A stretch of DNA of 12,896 nt, from positions 1 through 12,896 of the forward strand of contig JANLSU010000038.1 of assembly GCA_031362565.1 (NCBI GenBank), written 5' to 3'. The DNA comes from a bacterium (GTDB lineage: Bacteria > Krumholzibacteriota > Krumholzibacteriia > G020349025). Positions 8,435 through 12,896 of this stretch are shown here, in pieces (within the stretch, counting starts at the first letter, position 1; each line of letters begins with the position of its first letter). Below the pieces are notes generated by a model that saw nothing but the letters and a program-made list of their open reading frames with translations, had not been told where the DNA came from and did no database searches. A program made the position numbers and the translations under genes.

Positions 8435-9238
8435 CTAGCAGGCTCCCTCTCCGGTGAGTACGGTGCGGATGGTTCGTAACAGAATGGCCAGATCGGACTT
8501 CGGGCCACGTTGGCGGATGTAACGCAAATCCCAGCGCACTTTCGTGCGGACGCTCTCGACCGAATCATCGTATTTGTGATGCACCTGGGCCATACCCGTG
8601 ATGCCGGGCTTGACGAGCAAGCGCTTCGAGTAGTGCGGAACTTCACCTTGCAGGAGTTCGACGAAGAACGGGCGCTCCGGACGCGGCCCGATCAACGTCA
8701 TGTCGCCGCGCAACACGTTGATGAACTGCGGAATCTCGTCGAGGCGCGCCTTGCGCAGGACGCGGCCGATGCGCGTGATGCGCGGGTCGCGTTGGCTGGC
8801 CCACTGCGGCCCGGCAGCTTCGGCGTCGAGGCGCATGGTGCGGAATTTGTAGATGCGGAACGGCTGGCCGGCATTGTGAACGACGCGGCGGCTCGAGACG
8901 CCACGATGATCGCGACGCCGTTCGCGGCGGCGGCGATTGATTCCGACCCGGTCTTGGGTGTAGAGCACGGGGCCTGGCGAGTCGATCTTGACGGCCGCTG
9001 CAACCGCCAGCATGACGGGTGCGAGCGTCAAGATCCCAGCGGCTGATAGAACGACATCGGCAACACGACGCAGTCGGTCGCTGTGCGAGTCGACGACCGA
9101 CTCGAGGTCCTCGGCCATCGCCTCGAGCTCGGAGTCGAATGGCGCGGGCTGGCTCCCAGGCAGGGCGCCAGGAAGCGGCAGGACAGTTCCGATGGTGAGA
9201 ACGTCGGTCGCAGGTGCGTTGGGCGAGCGGTCGGCCAT
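8435..9238 (-). CDS. Priming polyprenyl-phosphate sugar phosphotransferase (Bac_transf; WcaJ/WbaP/PglC-like monotopic PGT, short form)
   Basis: Motifs RRVADVVLS, a single hydrophobic segment with P, VKIDSPGPVLYTQDRVG, FRIYKFRTM, DPRITRIGRVLRKARLDEIPQFINVLRGDMTLIGPRPE and KPGITG.AQV. ATG at 9238 follows a G-rich RBS. Confidence 0.94.
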   Translation of the reverse strand: MADRSPNAPATDVLTIGTVLPLPGALPGSQPAPFDSELEAMAEDLESVVDSHSDRLRRVADVVLSAAGILTLAPVMLAVAAAVKIDSPGPVLYTQDRVGINRRRRERRRDHRGVSSRRVVHNAGQPFRIYKFRTMRLDAEAAGPQWASQRDPRITRIGRVLRKARLDEIPQFINVLRGDMTLIGPRPERPFFVELLQGEVPHYSKRLLVKPGITGMAQVHHKYDDSVESVRTKVRWDLRYIRQRGPKSDLAILLRTIRTVLTGEGAC

Positions 9239-9311
9239 AGCTTGCGTTTCCCCCCCGATTTTGACGGTGCCCGGAGCGCTGACCGGCGCTCCAAGCCCGC
9301 GGGTGGTTCCA

Positions 9312-9328
9312 CGCAAGCGACGCGCCAG
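9312..9328 (-). promoter_or_regulatory. Putative sigma-54 (-24/-12) promoter of the sugar transferase
   Basis: Minus strand CTGGCGCGTCGCTTGCG is close to the consensus YTGGCACG-N4-TTGCW, about 75 nt upstream of the ATG at 9238. Confidence 0.65.
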
Positions 9329-9509
9329 CGCGTGGACCGCCTCTACGGCAGGCCTTTGGGAGGACAACGAACCACTCGGAGATCGAAGGAGAAACGACGG
9401 CGCGGCGCGCATCGGTGCTGGCGGGGGTCGTAGCGCACTGGCACGGGTGGAACCGCGCAGTGCTCACACCTCGACTGCGTTGAACGACTCGCAGCACGGC
9501 AGCGCGGTA

Positions 9510-10760
9510 CTACTCGGAGTCGATGCGGCAGCGCACGCCAACCCGCTTGGCGCGCGCTTGCCACTCCAGCGCTTCGGCACGGTTCGCGCAACGGCGGAGC
9601 AGGATGAGGTAGCGATCACCCTGACGCTCCATTTCGGGGTGCACATCGGCACCATTGAGGCGAAAGACGTCGCGCGCCGCGACTTCGAGACTCGGATACG
9701 GTCCGGCGCGGACCACGAACCGCACCCCTGTCGCGCCGGCGGGGTCGTCCAATCGCGCCGGTGCGCGCTCGGGAGCAGGCACCACCGCAGCACCGGTGGG
9801 CAACCGCGGGGCGGCGTCTTCAGGCTGCCGAATCGCGGTGCCCGCGCTGCCCGGTGCGAGCCCACGCGCCGCCGGCGTTCCGAGTGCGAGAACCAATCCA
9901 AGCGAATGTTCGAGCGGCGCGCCCGCGGCCCAATTCGCAGCGTAGTCGACACGCACCGGGCCCCTGCCGGCACCTGCACCGGCCGAGTAGGATTCGCCAT
10001 GCACTTCCCGGCGCCATCCGCCGCGGAGTTCGACGCCGCGCGCGACCGCCCACGCAACGCCGGCGGCCGGATTCGGTGTGTGCCCCGCGTCCCCATCGGC
10101 TTGCAGAAAAAATTCGCTGTGCAGAGCCCCGACGCGGCGCGCGGTTCCGAGGCTCCAGGCACGGCGCGCAGCGTGCGCCGCCGGTTCGAGCCCGACCGTC
10201 CAACCGCGGAGCGCTCCCGCCACGCGCATCGATCCCCGCTCCCACGTGAGGCCGCCGTCGAGGGCCCAACCGCGCTCGCGCGCCGCCAGCGCCGGCAATG
10301 TCGAATAGTGTCCGAGCCCGACGCCGACCGCGAGCCCGGGCCGCAACATCAGTGCCGTGGCGACGCCGGCCCGCGAGCCGGCTTGATTGGCACGTCCGGT
10401 CCCGAGTCCATCGGCGGCCGGAACACCATCTTGCAAGAGCACATCGGCGCGTACCGCGACGGCCCATGCAGCGCCACCGGGGTGAACGGTGAAAATCCCG
10501 TTTTGGAGGGAGACGCCGGGCGCGATGACGCGATGTCCGAACGCGAGCCCCGAGGCGGGCAATAGGGCCATTGCGGCGGGATTGGTGAAGACGGCGGCGG
10601 CGTCCGGTGCGGCGGCGATGTCAGTTCGCCCGAGCGCCGCCGAGCGCACGCTGCGGCCCGAGAGCACCGCATCCGTGTCGGTTGCGGACCACGCCGGCGT
10701 CGCAGCGACAAGCACCGCGAACGCCGGCGCGGCGAGGTGGATCCGCACCGAAGAGTTCAT
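9510..10760 (-). CDS. Exported PorV/PorQ(FadL-fold)-like outer-membrane beta-barrel protein with C-terminal SPOR domain
   Basis: Signal peptide ending PAWS-A. SVRSAALGRTDIAAAPDAAAVFTNPAAMA matches the PorV/FadL N-terminal hatch motif (aR..a.G....A...DasA...NPA.l). Alternating beta-strands (LELRGGW-type VELRGGW, YSAGAG, VRVDYA, HSLGLVLAL) follow. Then a Pro/Ala linker and FVVRAGPY..LEVAARDVFRL...RYLILL...NRAEA (SPOR-like). ATGA overlap with the upstream gene. Confidence 0.7.
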   Translation of the reverse strand: MNSSVRIHLAAPAFAVLVAATPAWSATDTDAVLSGRSVRSAALGRTDIAAAPDAAAVFTNPAAMALLPASGLAFGHRVIAPGVSLQNGIFTVHPGGAAWAVAVRADVLLQDGVPAADGLGTGRANQAGSRAGVATALMLRPGLAVGVGLGHYSTLPALAARERGWALDGGLTWERGSMRVAGALRGWTVGLEPAAHAARRAWSLGTARRVGALHSEFFLQADGDAGHTPNPAAGVAWAVARGVELRGGWRREVHGESYSAGAGAGRGPVRVDYAANWAAGAPLEHSLGLVLALGTPAARGLAPGSAGTAIRQPEDAAPRLPTGAAVVPAPERAPARLDDPAGATGVRFVVRAGPYPSLEVAARDVFRLNGADVHPEMERQGDRYLILLRRCANRAEALEWQARAKRVGVRCRIDSE

Positions 10761-11695
10761 TTATGGAGCGCGTAGTAGATCCCGATGCTGCTCGCGATCG
10801 AACCCAGCACGATCGGGAACACCCGGAAGCTCTTGGCCAGCGCGCCACGTTTGCGTGGCACCCAAATCGTGTCGCCCGCCTGGCACATCGGATTCTGGCT
10901 CACGGCGCCCATCTTCAGGTACGCCTCGACGTTGTACTCCGTCGCCACCGTGTTGCCGGCGGCGTCAGCGCGCACCAGGCGCACGTTCTTCATGTTGCCC
11001 ATGTCGGTCGGTCCGCCGGCCAGGAGCATAACGCCGACCAGGTCGTTGACATCCTCGAGGGCATAGATGGCCGGGGTGCGGACTTCACCAATGATGTGCA
11101 CGCCGTCACTGCCCGCTTCGGCGGTGCCGTTGCGCTTGGCCACGATGATCGTGTCGCCGGACTTGACCAGCGGCAACTTGTCGATACTGCCGTCGTTGAG
11201 TGATTGCTCGACGTTGGCATACTCGATTTTCTCTTCGCCGTTTTCACGGTGTACGACCTTGACCCGTGTCTTCAGGGCGTCGTCGGCAAAACCGCCCGCC
11301 TCGCGAATGAGTTCGAAGAGATTGACCGCGTCGGCGTAGGCATATTTACCGGGCGACATGACGCGGCCCAGCACGTAGATCGACCGGCTCTTGAACTCGG
11401 TGGCGGTGAGCGACACCTGGTTCACGTTACGATTGAAGTCGCCGAGGCGGCGCGCAACTTGTTCTTCGAGTTGCTGGAGCGTGAGGCCGGCGGCGCGAAT
11501 CTCCCCCGCCATCGGCAACACGGCCATGCCGTCGGCCCGAACCGTGATCTGGCGGTCCAAGCTCGGCGCCTGCCAGACATTGAGCTGGAGGACGTCGCCG
11601 GGGCCGACGACGTATTGGGCGTCCTTCGGGCCGGCGATGGCGGCGTTCGCCCCAGCGCACAAAGCGAGCAAGCAACAAAGGATGAATCGACGCAT
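10757..11695 (-). CDS. Polysaccharide biosynthesis/export protein (OPX, Wza-like): Poly_export + 2 SLBB
   Basis: YVVGPGDVLQLNVW, VRADGMAVLPMAGEIRAAGLTL, IYVLGRVMSPGKY, AGG..., GDTIIV, second SLBB IIGEVRTP..Y...AGGPT...GDTIWVP. N-terminal signal peptide, C-terminal hydrophobic helix and AGGGAG RBS. Confidence 0.92.
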   Translation of the reverse strand: MRRFILCCLLALCAGANAAIAGPKDAQYVVGPGDVLQLNVWQAPSLDRQITVRADGMAVLPMAGEIRAAGLTLQQLEEQVARRLGDFNRNVNQVSLTATEFKSRSIYVLGRVMSPGKYAYADAVNLFELIREAGGFADDALKTRVKVVHRENGEEKIEYANVEQSLNDGSIDKLPLVKSGDTIIVAKRNGTAEAGSDGVHIIGEVRTPAIYALEDVNDLVGVMLLAGGPTDMGNMKNVRLVRADAAGNTVATEYNVEAYLKMGAVSQNPMCQAGDTIWVPRKRGALAKSFRVFPIVLGSIASSIGIYYALHK

Positions 11696-11735
11696 CGCGC
11701 GGTCTCCCTGGCGTGGGGTCCCCGGGAGCCTTGAA

Positions 11736-12686
11736 TCAGCCGCGGCGGGCGCTCCCGGTCATCAACCTACGGTCGCCAAGCAAAACCAGTGCCCCGACCA
11801 GAACCGCGAACCACAGTGTCGCAATGCGGGTTAGAAACGTCGCGGCCACGGCGTGTGGCTTCAGTGCGCCGTCCGCCGCCAACATCGCGACCATCGTGCC
11901 TTCCGTGCCGCCCAATCCGCCCGGCAAGAGCAGCAGGGCCCCGACCAGCGTCGAGAACGCATAGATGAATGCCGCGCGCGCCACCGGCTCTGGAATCCCG
12001 AGCCCATGCAGCACGAGCGTGAATCCCAGACACTCGGCGAACCAAGCCAGGGCGCCGAGCGCCGTCGCTTCGACGAGCAAGCGTGGACGCATGAGAAAGC
12101 GCATCCCTTCATAGGCGTGCTCGAGGCGCGTCACGTACTTGCGCGTGATCCGCACCCGCTCGGCCAGGCCGAGCGCGGTGCGCGCGACGCGCGGCGACGC
12201 CAGGGCCACGACGAGCCCGAGCGCAATCACGGCGGATCCCGCCAGTTGCAGCCAGCCGGAGCGCACGATGCAACTGCCGACGAAAAGCAAGAGAACGAGC
12301 GCCAGGAGATCCGTAACGCGTTCGGCCACGACGACGGGGGCGGTGCGCGTCATCGGCGTGCCGGTGTGCACTTTGACGAGATACGCCTTCAGAACCTCGC
12401 CGAGTTTTCCCGGGGTCACCGACATCACCAGGCCCGCGAAGAAAATGCGGCACGACAGCGGCGCCGGAACTTCGACCGCACAGCGGTGCAGGTACATCTG
12501 CCAGCGCACGAAACGCAGCAAGTAGTTGGTGAAAGCCAGCGCCAAGGCAGCGGCAAAGAGCGGCCAGCGGAAAACGGCCAGCGCCGCCCGCAAATCGTTC
12601 CAGCCGGCATAGACGGCCATCGCGAGGTACACGAGCGCGCCCAATGCGACGCCGATGGCGAGACGTCTTCCCCAGGCGTTCGGCAC
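11736..12686 (-). CDS. Lysylphosphatidylglycerol synthase TM-domain / UPF0104 flippase-like membrane protein
   Basis: Polytopic protein with NYLLRFVRW, TPGKLGEVLKAYL, VVAERVTD, LPGGLGGTEG and TRIATLW motifs. Start is the GTG at 12686 with GGAGG upstream; the longer ORF (to 12875) runs through intron RNA. Confidence 0.9.
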   Translation of the reverse strand: MPNAWGRRLAIGVALGALVYLAMAVYAGWNDLRAALAVFRWPLFAAALALAFTNYLLRFVRWQMYLHRCAVEVPAPLSCRIFFAGLVMSVTPGKLGEVLKAYLVKVHTGTPMTRTAPVVVAERVTDLLALVLLLFVGSCIVRSGWLQLAGSAVIALGLVVALASPRVARTALGLAERVRITRKYVTRLEHAYEGMRFLMRPRLLVEATALGALAWFAECLGFTLVLHGLGIPEPVARAAFIYAFSTLVGALLLLPGGLGGTEGTMVAMLAADGALKPHAVAATFLTRIATLWFAVLVGALVLLGDRRLMTGSARRG

Positions 12687-12730
12687 GGTGTTCCTCCAAA
12701 GGTGTCCGGAGCGCGGGCATTCGGAGGCGC

Positions 12731-12759
12731 ACAGTAGCATCCAGAGCGCGGCACGGAAA
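12731..12759 (-). promoter_or_regulatory. Possible sigma-70 promoter (extended -10) for the flippase-OPX-barrel operon
   Basis: TTTCCG (12759-12754), 17-nt spacer ending TGc, then TACTGT (12736-12731). Confidence 0.35.
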
Positions 12760-12896
12760 CGGCATAGGGGTGGATCGGGCTCGGCCGATCCATCCCCTGC
12801 CACACCACCCGGCATGCGGGTCCGCACCGGGCGGTTCGAGCGGTTGAGGTCACGCGGCGAGCCGGGGCAGCCCAAGCTCGTCGAAGATCGAGTTCG
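12758..12896 (-). mobile_element. 3' end of a bacterial class C (IIC) group II intron: domains V and VI
   Basis: D5 at 12835-12804 is ACCGCCCGG UGCG GACC CGCA UG CCGGGUGGU: 32 nt, CGC catalytic triad, 2-nt bulge. D6 is GGCAGGGG-AUGGAUCGG CCGAGC CCGAUCCA-CCCCU[A]UGCC, with the bulged branch A at 12765, 8 nt from the predicted end at 12758. Confidence 0.93.
12850..12896 (-). CDS. ltrA: Group II intron reverse transcriptase/maturase, extreme C-terminus (partial)
   Basis: NSIFDELGLPRLAA* matches the typical class C intron-encoded protein end (N..F..LGL..L) and stops about 15 nt before D5. Confidence 0.82.
   Translation of the reverse strand, partial: NSIFDELGLPRLAA

Noticed and set aside
5813..8479. 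Plus-strand ORFs 5813..6886 and 7082..8479
   Set aside because: Antisense to the well-supported kinase and regulator genes, with no domain signatures.
9439..9460. Plus-strand TGGCACG as a sigma-54 -24 box
   Set aside because: No GC at the -12 position (GG-N10-AC) and no gene in that direction.
8988..10565. 525-aa plus-strand ORF
   Set aside because: Arg/Ala/Pro-rich and low in information. It lies opposite the sugar transferase and the barrel-SPOR gene.
12687..12875. 63-aa N-terminal extension of the flippase-like ORF (11736..12875)
   Set aside because: It is a read-through of group II intron D5/D6 RNA (NRPVRTRMPGGVAG is the translation of D5). A GGAGG RBS supports the GTG at 12686.

Overview
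GC-rich bacterial window, with almost all genes on the minus strand. Reading the minus strand from the right end: the 3' end of a group IIC intron (last 14 codons of the RT/maturase plus intact domains V and VI). Then a surface-glycan cluster: lysylphosphatidylglycerol-synthase-TM/flippase-like protein, Wza-like OPX export protein, a PorV/FadL-like beta-barrel fused to a SPOR domain, and a priming sugar-phosphate transferase. Then a GAF-PAS histidine kinase with a Cys-rich insert and a sigma-54 response regulator with an AT-hook-like acidic tail. Two sigma-54 (-24/-12) promoter motifs lie inside this cluster. Next come a ~600-bp intergenic region with an orphan near-consensus sigma-70 promoter, and an apparent deletion scar joining the start of a PLP-dependent decarboxylase-like gene to the end of a GH47 mannosidase. 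Last is an M13 metallopeptidase-dienelactone hydrolase operon that converges on the 3' part of a plus-strand radical SAM gene. The gene content suggests an FCB-group-like lineage (inference only). All family calls come from motif recognition by eye; no searches were run.
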